From: an uncultured Eubacteriales bacterium
GTDB taxonomy: Bacteria > Bacillota > Clostridia > Christensenellales > CAG-314
Assembly: GCA_949289125.1 (NCBI GenBank)
Contig: CASEME010000010.1
Coordinates: 38,700-102,699 of the forward strand
Direction of reading: 5' to 3'
Length of the DNA: 64,000 nucleotides
Part shown: positions 50,218 through 60,536 of the stretch, piece by piece
How positions within the stretch are numbered: position 1 is the first letter of the stretch
How the letters are laid out: every line of letters starts with the position of its first letter
The notes under the pieces: generated by a model
What the model saw: the letters and a program-made list of their open reading frames with translations, nothing else
Told to the model about the DNA's origin: nothing
The model's database searches: none
Program-made: the position numbers and the translations under genes

Positions 50218-51438
50218 ATGAATAAACGCAAAGTAATTATTATTTTGTCCGTTGTGATGATGATTGCCATCACTATGCTTTTGGCAAGCTGCAGCAACAC
50301 AATAGTAGATCTTGACGATTATGTAGGTACGGACAACGGAGCAAGCAGGATCAACCTTATTGGCAAGTTAGTACAATGGCTGCACGGTTGGGTAAAAAAC
50401 TATGGTCTTACAGTAATACTGTTTACTGTATTTCTTAAAGTAGTTATGTTACCCGTTGACATTTGGCAACGTGTATCTATGCGCAAAAACAGTCTCAAAA
50501 TGCAAGCCATGCAACCTATGATGGAAGTATTGGAAAAGAGATATGCCAACAATCCGCAAAAGCTCAATCAGGAAAAGAGCAAACTTGCAAAAAAGCAAAG
50601 CGCAACAATGCTTGGTACGTGTTTACCGTTCATTGTAACTATGGTAATATTCTTCCTGTTGCTTGGCGGTCTTACCAACTACGCTACTTACAATACAGTC
50701 ATCAATTACAATGATATGCAGACGTTCTATGTCTCTGAGTATAACAGAGCTTTGGAAGATGACAATGTATATCTTGCTGCTTACAATGCGGCACTTGAAG
50801 AAGGCAAGACGGAAGAACAGGCAAAAGCTGCTGCTAACAGTGCATGCGTACGTGTAGCAAGTGAAGGCAACGCAGAACTTGGATATATTGGTATAGGTCA
50901 ATACTATGTTGACAATATCAAAGAATCATTTTTGTGGATAGACAACGTATGGCAACCCGATACTTGGGCTAACGTAATGCCCACTTATGATGAGTTTGTG
51001 CGCACTGTCAAACTCAGTGGTGAAAACCCCGAAGGCACGTACAACCTTATCCGCGAACAGGTAGTTAAGACGCACGCACGCAATACAAGCGGTAGTTGGA
51101 ACGGCCTTATGATACTGCCTATATTGTCGGTAGGTTTGTCTTTCTTGTCTATGTTTATCAATCAACGCCTTGAAAACAAAAACCGCAAGGGTGAAAAGGC
51201 AGAGATAAGCACTCAACAAGCCACCACCAACAAGATGATGCTTGTAGTAATGCCGTTGATGATGGCAGTATTCGGTTTTATGTACACGGGTGCATTTGCA
51301 ATATACATGGTAGTAAGCTACGCATTGAGCTTGCTGATTACCATTTCTATCAAAAAAACGGTAGAGAAAATGGTAGAAAAGAGTTTGCAAAAAGCCGAAG
51401 CAAAGGACAAAACGCCCAAAGCTAACTATAAGAGGTAA
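50218..51438 (+). CDS. yidC: YidC/Oxa1 membrane protein insertase (lipoprotein signal)
   Basis: NYGLTVILFT..K..LP, MQP, CLP, FLWI, lipobox LASC, synteny. Confidence 0.92.
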   Translation: MNKRKVIIILSVVMMIAITMLLASCSNTIVDLDDYVGTDNGASRINLIGKLVQWLHGWVKNYGLTVILFTVFLKVVMLPVDIWQRVSMRKNSLKMQAMQPMMEVLEKRYANNPQKLNQEKSKLAKKQSATMLGTCLPFIVTMVIFFLLLGGLTNYATYNTVINYNDMQTFYVSEYNRALEDDNVYLAAYNAALEEGKTEEQAKAAANSACVRVASEGNAELGYIGIGQYYVDNIKESFLWIDNVWQPDTWANVMPTYDEFVRTVKLSGENPEGTYNLIREQVVKTHARNTSGSWNGLMILPILSVGLSFLSMFINQRLENKNRKGEKAEISTQQATTNKMMLVVMPLMMAVFGFMYTGAFAIYMVVSYALSLLITISIKKTVEKMVEKSLQKAEAKDKTPKANYKR

Positions 51439-51444
51439 TTTATT

Positions 51445-52122
51445 ATGATAAAGACAGAAGCAACAGGCAGAACAGTGGACAAAGCAATAGAAAGTGCTTT
51501 GCAACAACTGCAGCTGACGCGTGACCAAGTGGACGTGACAGTGTTGCAGGAGGGCAGTCTGCTAAAACAAGCCAAAGTATTGGTAGCAAAAAAACTTACT
51601 GACGGCGAAAAAGTACAAAACTTTATTACAGAAGTTTTGGACAAAATGACTTTTGAAGGTTACACTGTTGACCTTGTTGAGGACGGAGAAACTATACGTG
51701 TTGACATAAAAGGTGACAACAACGGCAGCGTTATTGGATACCGTGGAGAGGTTTTGGACTCTTTGCAATATTTGTCCAGCTTGATACTCAACAACGAAAA
51801 GGCAGGTTACAAGCGCGTTGTGTTGGATAGTGAAAACTACAGACAAAAAAGAGAAAAAACGCTTGTTCACCTTGCAAAAAATTTGGAACACAAAGTAAAG
51901 CGTACAGGCAGACCTGTCAAACTTGAGCCTATGAACGCATACGAGCGCAGAATTATCCACACCACTCTGCAGGACAGCAGATATGTATCCACAGAGAGTG
52001 ACGGTACGGGCAGCAATCGCCACGTAATAGTAAGTCCCAAACTTACCAACGATATTCTCAATGCTCCTCAACGCAAAAGTCTCAACTTTGTGTACCGTTC
52101 GGAAAAGAAACGCCGTAGATAG
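51445..52122 (+). CDS. jag: Jag/EloR (KhpB) KH-R3H RNA-binding protein
   Basis: G.TVD.AI, IGYRGEVLDSLQ, LEPMNAYERRIIH. Confidence 0.95.
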   Translation: MIKTEATGRTVDKAIESALQQLQLTRDQVDVTVLQEGSLLKQAKVLVAKKLTDGEKVQNFITEVLDKMTFEGYTVDLVEDGETIRVDIKGDNNGSVIGYRGEVLDSLQYLSSLILNNEKAGYKRVVLDSENYRQKREKTLVHLAKNLEHKVKRTGRPVKLEPMNAYERRIIHTTLQDSRYVSTESDGTGSNRHVIVSPKLTNDILNAPQRKSLNFVYRSEKKRRR

Positions 52123-52200
52123 TTGTTGACAACAGGTAAAAGCGCTACACATAGTGATACCCTATTGATAACAGCGATTATTATTGACAAACAAAGCAAC

Positions 52201-52237
52201 AAACGTCCCTTGTGCAATGCACGGGGACGCTTTTTTT
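52201..52237 (+). terminator. Terminator after jag
   Basis: CGTCCC-TGTGCA..TGCAC-GGGACG plus T7. Confidence 0.75.
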
Positions 52238-52417
52238 GGGTAGCAACCTACAAAAAAATTGTCAATAATACCGATAAGTGATAAAATATAAATAAGTATT
52301 TAGTTGTTGTTAGTATTGTTTGGCATAGATCGCCACCACAACAGACAACAAGCATATAAAATATCTACAATACCCTTAGTTTATTACGATATACACGCAA
52401 AAACAGGTGCAAAACAA

Positions 52418-53731
52418 ATGGATGACAAGACAATAGTAGCTTTAGCAACGCCAATAGGCAGAAGTGCCGTAGCCGTAATTCGTATGAGCGGCGCAGACAG
52501 CATAGATATAGCAAAAAAGTTGTTTAGACCTTTTCCCACCACGCCCAATATGCTACAGGTGGGCAAACTAACAACGCCCAACTTTGTAGAACAGGCAATG
52601 TGCGTGTATTTTGTTGCGCCCAAAAGTTACACAGGGGAAAACAGCGTAGAGTTTCACTGTCACGGCGGTATGGAGATAGTAAGAGCCATTATTGACGAGT
52701 GCATAGACAAAGGTGCGCGTATGGCTTTGAACGGAGAGTTTTCCAAACGGGCGTTTATTAACGGTAAACAAAACTTATCCAACGCCGAAGGCATTATCGA
52801 GATGATAGATGCAGAGACGCAAACGGCAGTAAAGGCAGGAGAAAACTTACTTAACAACCGTTTGGGACAAATGACAGTAAGTTTGCAAGACACTTTGACC
52901 GACCTGATAAGCAGTACAGAGGCTGCGCTCGATTATCCCGAAGAAGACCTTGAGTTGCCCACTATTGACAAGATACAAACAAGTGTAAAAGCTATAGACG
53001 GTCAGCTTGTAGAGTTGCTCAATACTGTATCTGTGGGTAAAATAGTCAAATACGGTATCAATATTGCCATTGTTGGACGTCCCAATGTAGGCAAATCAAG
53101 TCTGCTCAATGCTTTTTTGGGCACAGACAGGGCAATAGTTTCTGATATAGCAGGCACAACGCGCGATACACTCAACGAGAGCGTACAGTACAGAGATACA
53201 AAATTCAACTTTGTGGACACAGCAGGACTGCGCAACGCAGACAACGCGATAGAGGCAGAAGGCATACGCCGAGCGCAAAAAGCTATTGACGACAGCGACA
53301 TTGTGTTGTGGGTGACGGACGGCACCTCCAATGACTTATCGTACAAAGTGGACAAACCGTGTATAAAAGTTTATAACAAAAGCGATATAGTAGAATACAA
53401 AGGGCTAAAACTTGCCAAAAATGCAGTAAAAGTAAGTGCAAAGCAAAATGTTGGTATAGAGGAGCTCAAACAAAAAATATACGATATGTTTGCCGCCAAA
53501 GGCCCAACCATACAAAACGGCATTGTATTGACCAATGCAAGACATATAGATTGTCTTACCAATGCGCACAAAGTTTTACAACAAATTTTGGCAGAATGTA
53601 CAACAAGCAGTATGGACATACTTGCGGCATCGTTGCGCGAGGCGTGGCAGATATTGGGCGAAATAACAGGCACTACTGCCGACGAAGCAATTATTGACAG
53701 GATATATTCCAAGTTTTGTTTGGGCAAATAG
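52418..53731 (+). CDS. mnmE: tRNA modification GTPase MnmE
   Basis: TIVALATP, PKSYTGE, GRPNVGKSS, GTTRD, DTAG, NKSD, FCLGK. Start at MDDKT. Confidence 0.97.
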   Translation: MDDKTIVALATPIGRSAVAVIRMSGADSIDIAKKLFRPFPTTPNMLQVGKLTTPNFVEQAMCVYFVAPKSYTGENSVEFHCHGGMEIVRAIIDECIDKGARMALNGEFSKRAFINGKQNLSNAEGIIEMIDAETQTAVKAGENLLNNRLGQMTVSLQDTLTDLISSTEAALDYPEEDLELPTIDKIQTSVKAIDGQLVELLNTVSVGKIVKYGINIAIVGRPNVGKSSLLNAFLGTDRAIVSDIAGTTRDTLNESVQYRDTKFNFVDTAGLRNADNAIEAEGIRRAQKAIDDSDIVLWVTDGTSNDLSYKVDKPCIKVYNKSDIVEYKGLKLAKNAVKVSAKQNVGIEELKQKIYDMFAAKGPTIQNGIVLTNARHIDCLTNAHKVLQQILAECTTSSMDILAASLREAWQILGEITGTTADEAIIDRIYSKFCLGK

Positions 53732-53875
53732 TAAACAGATATATGTATTCAACGGTGGCAACAGTTTGTACCAACTATACTACATATATTAAGTTGTTTG
53801 CACCAATTAGCAAGTTGGTGGCATCAACTTGCAAGTTGGTGACGCCAATGCAAATTTTTGCTAAAGGAAAAGTAT

Positions 53876-55735
53876 ATGAAACAATATGACATAATAGTGA
53901 TAGGTGCAGGGCACGCAGGGTGTGAAAGCGCACTTGCCGCAGCACGGTTGGGTTGTTCGGTGTTGATATTGGCAACCAATCTTGATACGGTAGGCTTTTT
54001 GGCGTGCAATCCGAGTATAGGCGGTACGGCAAAAGGACAGATAGTCAAAGAGATAGACGCTTTGGGCGGACAGATGGCGCGTACAGCAGACCAAAGTTTG
54101 TTGCAGATGCGTATGCTCAATGCGGGCAAAGGACCTGCCGTATATTCACCACGTGCACAGGTGGACAAACACGCCTACCATACCAATATGAAAAACACTT
54201 TGGAAAGTGAGCCAAACCTTACCTTGCGACAGGGCGAAGCGGTAGAACTTAACCGCAATGAGGACGGTACGTACACTGTCACCACTGCTGTAGGGCTTGC
54301 TTATCAAGGCCGAGCCGTAGTGCTTGCATGCGGAGTATATCTAAATTCGCGCTGTATTGTAGGTAAACATAGCCAAAACAGCGGGCCAAACGGATTTGCA
54401 AATGCGTGCAAACTAACCGATAGCATACGCAAATTGGGCTACACCGTACGCCGATTTAAGACCGGCACACCTGCAAGAGTTAAGGTGCAGACTGTAGACT
54501 TTGCCAAAATGAGCGAACAGCAAGGCGAAACATCACGAAGACCGTTTTCTGTTTTGACCGACCATATAGACGGAGCAAAACGCAGTTGTTATTTGACATA
54601 CACCACACCGCAGACAAAAGAGATTATATTAGCCAACAAGCAACTTGCACCGCTATTCAACGGTGATATCAACGGCGTAGGTCCGCGCTATTGTCCCTCT
54701 ATTGAGGACAAAGTTGTACGCTTTTCTGACAAAGAGCGACATCAGATATTTTTGGAGCCCGAAGGCGAATTTACCAACGAATACTATGTACAAGGCGCGT
54801 CCAGCTCCATGCCGGCAGACATTCAGGAGCAAATATACCACTCGATAGACGGGTTGGAAAATGTGCAAATTATGCGTGACGCCTACGCTATTGAGTACGA
54901 CTGCATAGACGCAACAGCACTTGACGCTACTTTGATGTCCAAACAACACAAAGGTTTGTTTTTTGCAGGGCAAATAAACGGTACAAGCGGCTATGAAGAA
55001 GCGGCAGGACAAGGACTTGTTGCAGGTATCAATGCCGAGCGTTATATACACAACAAAACACCTTTTGTTCTTACACGACACGACAGCTATATAGGTGTAT
55101 TGATAGACGACATCACCACCAAAGAAACCAACGAGCCGTACAGAATGATGACGGGGCGTGCCGAGCACAGACTTGTATTGAGGCAGGACAACGCCGATTT
55201 GCGTTTGACCGAAAAAGGCAGACAAATAGGCTTGGTAGGGGATAAGCAATACAATCTATATCTTAGCAAGGTGCAAGAGTTGGAAAATGGCAGGGCACAA
55301 CTAAAAGAAATTATTACGCCGCGCCGTATGCAAAAATTGTTCGAATATTGCGGGGAAAGTATGCCCAAGGCAGGTTTGACTGTAGACGAGGTATTGCGTC
55401 GCAACAATGTGACAGCTCAGCTTGCAAAACAATATTTGGGTGTGTTTGAGCAACTTAGTATTGAAGTGTTGGAACAGATAGAAATAGAAGTAAAGTACAG
55501 AGGGTATATAGAACGTCAGCAAAAAGTTATTGAACAAAGCAAAAAACTTGAAGACAAACTGTTGCCCAAGGATATAGACTATACTAAGATAGACGGCTTA
55601 CGTCTTGAGGCACGTCAAAAACTCAATGCTATACGTCCGCTCAACTTGGGACAAGCAGGACGAATATCGGGCGTATCACCGGCAGACGTACAGATACTTA
55701 TTGTTTATCTTGCGCAACACAAAGGCAAAGTATAG
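53876..55735 (+). CDS. mnmG: tRNA uridine 5-carboxymethylaminomethyl modification enzyme MnmG
   Basis: GAGHAG.E, CNPSIGG, FKTGTP, GPRYCPSIEDK, GQINGTSGYEEA. Confidence 0.98.
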   Translation: MKQYDIIVIGAGHAGCESALAAARLGCSVLILATNLDTVGFLACNPSIGGTAKGQIVKEIDALGGQMARTADQSLLQMRMLNAGKGPAVYSPRAQVDKHAYHTNMKNTLESEPNLTLRQGEAVELNRNEDGTYTVTTAVGLAYQGRAVVLACGVYLNSRCIVGKHSQNSGPNGFANACKLTDSIRKLGYTVRRFKTGTPARVKVQTVDFAKMSEQQGETSRRPFSVLTDHIDGAKRSCYLTYTTPQTKEIILANKQLAPLFNGDINGVGPRYCPSIEDKVVRFSDKERHQIFLEPEGEFTNEYYVQGASSSMPADIQEQIYHSIDGLENVQIMRDAYAIEYDCIDATALDATLMSKQHKGLFFAGQINGTSGYEEAAGQGLVAGINAERYIHNKTPFVLTRHDSYIGVLIDDITTKETNEPYRMMTGRAEHRLVLRQDNADLRLTEKGRQIGLVGDKQYNLYLSKVQELENGRAQLKEIITPRRMQKLFEYCGESMPKAGLTVDEVLRRNNVTAQLAKQYLGVFEQLSIEVLEQIEIEVKYRGYIERQQKVIEQSKKLEDKLLPKDIDYTKIDGLRLEARQKLNAIRPLNLGQAGRISGVSPADVQILIVYLAQHKGKV

Positions 55736-55999
55736 TAATCAGTTACAACGACACAACACTAAGCAAACAGCTTTGTCGATGTTATTATTGGACGCAAGCT
55801 GTTTTATATGTATTTGACATTGCAATGTGATATAATTTAGATAACTTACCAAATTGTTGCAACACCTAAGTTGGCGGCACCAACAAGCGAGTTGGGTGTA
55901 TTAGCTGTGTGTTTTATACACAAAAGTGGCAGTTAAACAAGTTAAAAAATACGGTATGCAACTTAGTAACTTACAATAATACTTAATTGGTGGATAACA

Positions 56000-56683
56000 A
56001 TGTTAGAGGATATAGTTTTACAAACTACGGGCATAGCACTTACTCAACAACAAGTACAGCAGTTTGATGCATATTACGAGTACTTGGTGCAAACCAACGA
56101 AAAGTTTAATCTTACAGCAATTACCGAACGACAAGCTGTGTACGAAAAACATTTTGCAGACAGTCTTGCGGCAAGTGGCTTGCTAAGTAATGGCGCTACT
56201 GTGTGTGATGTCGGATGTGGAGCAGGTTTTCCCTCAATACCACTTGCTATTGTCAATAGCAACGTTGAGTTCACGTTGGTAGACAGCCTCAACAAACGAG
56301 TACAGTTTTGCAAAGAAGTAGCAGATATGTGCTCACTTAGCAACGTAGAAGTGTTTCATTCGCGTGCTGAAGATTTTGCAAAACAGCATAGAGAAAGTTA
56401 CGACGTAACAACGGCAAGGGCAGTTGCTCCCCTCAATGTTTTGCTCGAATATCTTGCACCACTTGTAAAGGTGGGCGGCAAAGTGATTGCTTACAAAACA
56501 GACCAAAGTGAGGTTGATAGTGCCAAGCATTGTGCAGATATTTTGGGATTGAGCTTTGACAAAGCTATCAGTTTTCAGTTGCCTCAGGGCGACAACAGAT
56601 GTTTGCTTGTTTACAACAAAACAAAGCACACACCGCTAACTTATCCGCGAGGAGGCAACTTACCTCGCAAAAAACCGTTGTGA
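56000..56683 (+). CDS. rsmG: 16S rRNA m7G527 methyltransferase
   Basis: NLTAI, KHFADS, DVGCGAGFP, RAE, ARAVA, YPR. Confidence 0.97.
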   Translation: MLEDIVLQTTGIALTQQQVQQFDAYYEYLVQTNEKFNLTAITERQAVYEKHFADSLAASGLLSNGATVCDVGCGAGFPSIPLAIVNSNVEFTLVDSLNKRVQFCKEVADMCSLSNVEVFHSRAEDFAKQHRESYDVTTARAVAPLNVLLEYLAPLVKVGGKVIAYKTDQSEVDSAKHCADILGLSFDKAISFQLPQGDNRCLLVYNKTKHTPLTYPRGGNLPRKKPL

Positions 56684-57154
56684 GTTGGTGTTGGTATTTT
56701 GTTTTGTAAAACGAGCACTTATATTCTAAAACAGTATCAATAAGACAAAAATATTTGCGCTATTTTGCGTATTGGTGCAATACTACTTGAAAAAGGTCGT
56801 ATTTTGTGCTATTATATAGTATAAAGCAAATAATGGCGAAATGGCGTAGATTTGGCAAGGCTTGTTATTTGACATAGCAAGTTGCAAAATTTTAGCCTCT
56901 TACCAACATACTTTTGCTTGCAACACTGTTTGCTTGTGGTGCAAATTGCCATCGTGTACAACACACGTTGCATGCGCCAACTTTTGAGTTGGTGTCACGA
57001 GATGGCTATTTCGTGGCACGAATTAAGCACTTTGTGACATTTGGTGCTATTTTGTACAAGCGCAAAGTGTATGTTAATTTATGCATACAGTGCTCAATTT
57101 TTGTCAATATTCGTTCTGTAAGAACGTTTACAACTTTTTCTCGGGGTGTATATT

Positions 57155-57925
57155 ATGGCGAGAGTTATTGCATTTTCCAATCAAAAAGGCGGAGTGGGAA
57201 AAACCACTACTGCAATTAATCTACCTGCTTATGTAGCAGTTGGTGGCAAAAAAGTTTTGTTGGTAGACTTTGATCCTCAGGGCAATAGTACCAGCGGCTT
57301 TGGCATTCAAAAAAATGAGCTTACGCATAACTGCTACGATATGTTGATGGGCGATTGCACTGTGGATGAAGTAATAATGCACACAGGCGTAGACAATTTG
57401 GATATTATCCCAAGTAATATTGACCTTGCTGCTGCCGAAGTGGATTTGGCTTCTTTGCAATCTCGTGAAAGCCAGCTCAAAAAGGTGCTTAGTCCTTTGA
57501 TGTCTCGATATGATTATATATTTATAGATTGTCCTCCCAGTTTGGGTTTGCTTACACTCAATGCTTTGGTGGCGAGTAATGAAGTAGTAATACCTATTCA
57601 AAGTGAGTTTTTTGCTTTGGAAGGACTTTCGCAGTTGCTCAATACTATCAAAATAGTAAAGCAACGTCTCAATCCTGATTTGAAAATTAACGGTGTTGTG
57701 CTTACCATGTACGACAGCCGTACTTTGGTAAGCAAGCAAGTTACCGAAGAGATTTACAAATATTTTGGCGACAAAGTGTACAACGTACCTATCCCACGCA
57801 ATGTAAAACTTGTGGAAGCGCCAAGTTTTGGTCAACCTGTATTTGTGCATGCGCCTCGTTCCAGCGGAGCAGTGGCTTATGATATGCTAACAAAACAATT
57901 TTTACAAAGAGAGGAAGGTAAATGA
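57155..57925 (+). CDS. parA: Chromosome partitioning ATPase Soj/ParA
   Basis: NQKGGVGKTT, DPQGN, DCPPSLG, EFFALEG, IPRNV.L.EAPS. Confidence 0.97.
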   Translation: MARVIAFSNQKGGVGKTTTAINLPAYVAVGGKKVLLVDFDPQGNSTSGFGIQKNELTHNCYDMLMGDCTVDEVIMHTGVDNLDIIPSNIDLAAAEVDLASLQSRESQLKKVLSPLMSRYDYIFIDCPPSLGLLTLNALVASNEVVIPIQSEFFALEGLSQLLNTIKIVKQRLNPDLKINGVVLTMYDSRTLVSKQVTEEIYKYFGDKVYNVPIPRNVKLVEAPSFGQPVFVHAPRSSGAVAYDMLTKQFLQREEGK

Positions 57926-58863
57926 GTACAAACAAGGGTTTGGGCAGAGGATTTGCATCTTTGATGGGGCTTAACGACGTGGATGAGTTGACGCGTCGTG
58001 ACGACCTTCCCAAAAATAGCGAAGAACAGCAACAACAAGGCACTGCTGTCAATGCGTTGCAAGACGTGCTCGATTTGGAATTGACAGACATCGATCCCAA
58101 CTACGAGCAACCACGCAAACATTTTGACGAAGAAGCGCTCAATGAATTGGCGGAAAGTATCAAATTGCATGGTGTTATCCAACCGATAGTTGTAGTGCCC
58201 ATCGGTCAGCGTTATATGATAATTGCCGGTGAGCGCCGTTTTCGTGCGTCCAAAATTGCTGGCAAAAAGACTATCCCTGCAATTATCAAACATTACACTA
58301 CTCAGCAGATAAAAGAAATTAGTCTTATTGAGAACTTGCAACGTGAAGACCTCAATCCTATCGAAGCAGGCAGAGCAATTAAGACACTTATGACCGAATT
58401 TAATATGACGCAGGAAACTGCCGCAGACAGAATAGGCAAAAGTCGTTCGGCTATTGCCAATACGTTGCGTTTGCTTACTCTCAATGAAGGAGTAATCGAA
58501 CTTATCGAACAAGGTAGGCTTTCTGCAGGTCATGCACGTACTTTGGTAGTTGTTCCTTACGAAAGTCAGTTGAAACTTGCATTAAAAGGTTGCGACAATC
58601 AACTTAATGTGCGTGAAATGGAAAAATTGGTACGCGACTTTCTCAATCCCAAACCAAAAACAAAACCCGAAGTTGGTAATTCGATAGAGCTCAAAGAACT
58701 TGTGGGTAACATGCAACGCACATTTGCTACTAAAGTTTCGGCGATTGGTAACGGAAACAAAGGGCGTATATATATAGACTACTTTACCAAGGACGACCTT
58801 GATAGAATTTGTTCTCTGATTGAAGAATGGATGAATGTCAAATTCAAAGGCGAAGAAGAATAA
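57922..58863 (+). CDS. parB: Chromosome partitioning CTPase Spo0J/ParB
   Basis: KGLGRG, QPRK.F, IAGERRFRA, ENLQREDLNPIE, GKSRSAIANTLRLL, GHAR. Confidence 0.98.
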   Translation: MSTNKGLGRGFASLMGLNDVDELTRRDDLPKNSEEQQQQGTAVNALQDVLDLELTDIDPNYEQPRKHFDEEALNELAESIKLHGVIQPIVVVPIGQRYMIIAGERRFRASKIAGKKTIPAIIKHYTTQQIKEISLIENLQREDLNPIEAGRAIKTLMTEFNMTQETAADRIGKSRSAIANTLRLLTLNEGVIELIEQGRLSAGHARTLVVVPYESQLKLALKGCDNQLNVREMEKLVRDFLNPKPKTKPEVGNSIELKELVGNMQRTFATKVSAIGNGNKGRIYIDYFTKDDLDRICSLIEEWMNVKFKGEEE

Positions 58864-58871
58864 GAATTTTT

Positions 58872-58908
58872 AAAACGAGCGCAACAAACAAGTTGCGCTC
58901 GTTTTTTT
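58872..58908 (+). terminator. Terminator after parB
   Basis: AAAACGAGCGCAAC/GTTGCGCTCGTTTTTTT. Confidence 0.85.
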
Positions 58909-60361
58909 GTTTAGATATATTTTGATGTTTTTATTAGCATTAGACAATGAAACTTTTTACCCTCTGAAAATGAAAATTTTGGTAGAGAAGCGTGTCGTTT
59001 TATTATATAAAAGCGAATATATAATACTTAAATATTGCAGTTGCTGGCTAAAATAAGCTCTGAGACAGAATTTCTTTAGCACATTTTCAAAAATTTCCGA
59101 CTAAAACTACATTCATTCTGCGTGAATAATAAAAATTGCGATGATATATTTTGTTTTTAGCGCGTAAACGCAAAGATTGTTCATTATAAATGTGTTGTCA
59201 ATATTTTACATAAAAAAAATTTCGATTGACGATTTTGCGTTTGGTGTCAGGTATTGATACGCTTCAGATTTTTGTGATAGCGCTTTAGAGCCATGTAACG
59301 CAATTTTTGAGTAAGCTACGTTCGTTTTTGTACTATATAAATGAATAATATTCATAAAATATTCGCCATTACTGTCACTTAGAGACTAAGTTTAGCTATA
59401 TCTTTACCTCTAAAAGTCCGTCTAACTTTAAATTTTGCCTTCTTATTATCTATTTGTTTTGCTATGATTTTACCTGTTGTAATGCTATAATGCGTATTTA
59501 TTCATAATGTATTACTTGCTATTTTTAATACATCGAATTCGATTAGAACAGCTAATAATTAGCATAAATTAGATAATTTTGCTTGTATATTGCTATGTAA
59601 AAGTTGTTTTAATTGATTAATATGCTTTGTGGCAAAAGTTATTATCCTTTGCATCTTAAACATATTTTTGCTTCTATGTTACCAAATTTTGCGTTATAAG
59701 TCCCATTTTTTCACTATTAAGTAGTAATCATAAATGAGTTTTAGAGTTTTTATTTGGAATTTTAGCAAATTGAAGACAATTTGTAATGATTGCAATTATT
59801 GTGTGCAAAATTGCTATTTAGAAATACACTACGACAAGCAATGCATTGAAGTATATCAAATACTAATTGTATTTGTGATGTGCTAAATATAATGTTGTAG
59901 TAACAAATGAAATAGGCAGTTTATTATGCAAATAGCAAAGATTTTAGAGTTGTTTTTTTGCGATTCAACATTAAAATGCAAATTTTTATGTGATTTACGG
60001 GTTTAGAAGATATATGTTGCTGTTTAAATTGATTTATTTGTTGACTGTGCTTTATATTGTGTAAGCAAAAGCTTATTATAGTTACTTGGCATCTGATATT
60101 TGTTGTCTAAATAATTATTTGTAGTAACTATTTATTGTATATATTGCAAGTTTCTTTGTGTATATGCTTTTTAGGTGTGTTTACAGCACGTAATTTATAT
60201 TTATTCTGTAAAGAAATATAGCTAATTTAGCTTCTTGATGTGGCTATGTATCAAAGTGTGCTTGCAAATAACTGTGATTTTGCCTAAAAAAGTGCTTTTT
60301 AGGGCTATTTTACACAGTTTTATGCTATATGAGCCAGCAAAATAGTTTTTTTGCGTATTAG

Positions 60362-60536
60362 CGTTCCACGTGAAACAAAATTGATCTATACTGTTTGTTA
60401 TTTTATTAGTATAGGATAAATACGTATTGTATTAGGTGTTTCACGTGAAACTTAAAGACAGAGTTTGGGCCGCTGTTCCACGTGAAACAATGTTAAATGT
60501 GGTGAAAACTAACGTTTTGATGTTTCACATGAAACA
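60362..60536. promoter_or_regulatory. Cluster of four parS sites
   Basis: CGTTCCACGTGAAACA (60362), TGTTTCACGTGAAACT (60437), TGTTCCACGTGAAACA (60474) and TGTTTCACATGAAACA (60521), versus consensus TGTTNCACGTGAAACA. Confidence 0.95.

Noticed and set aside
60362-60536. parS repeats as a mini CRISPR array
   Set aside because: The 16-bp palindromes match parS, spacing is irregular, and there are no cas genes.
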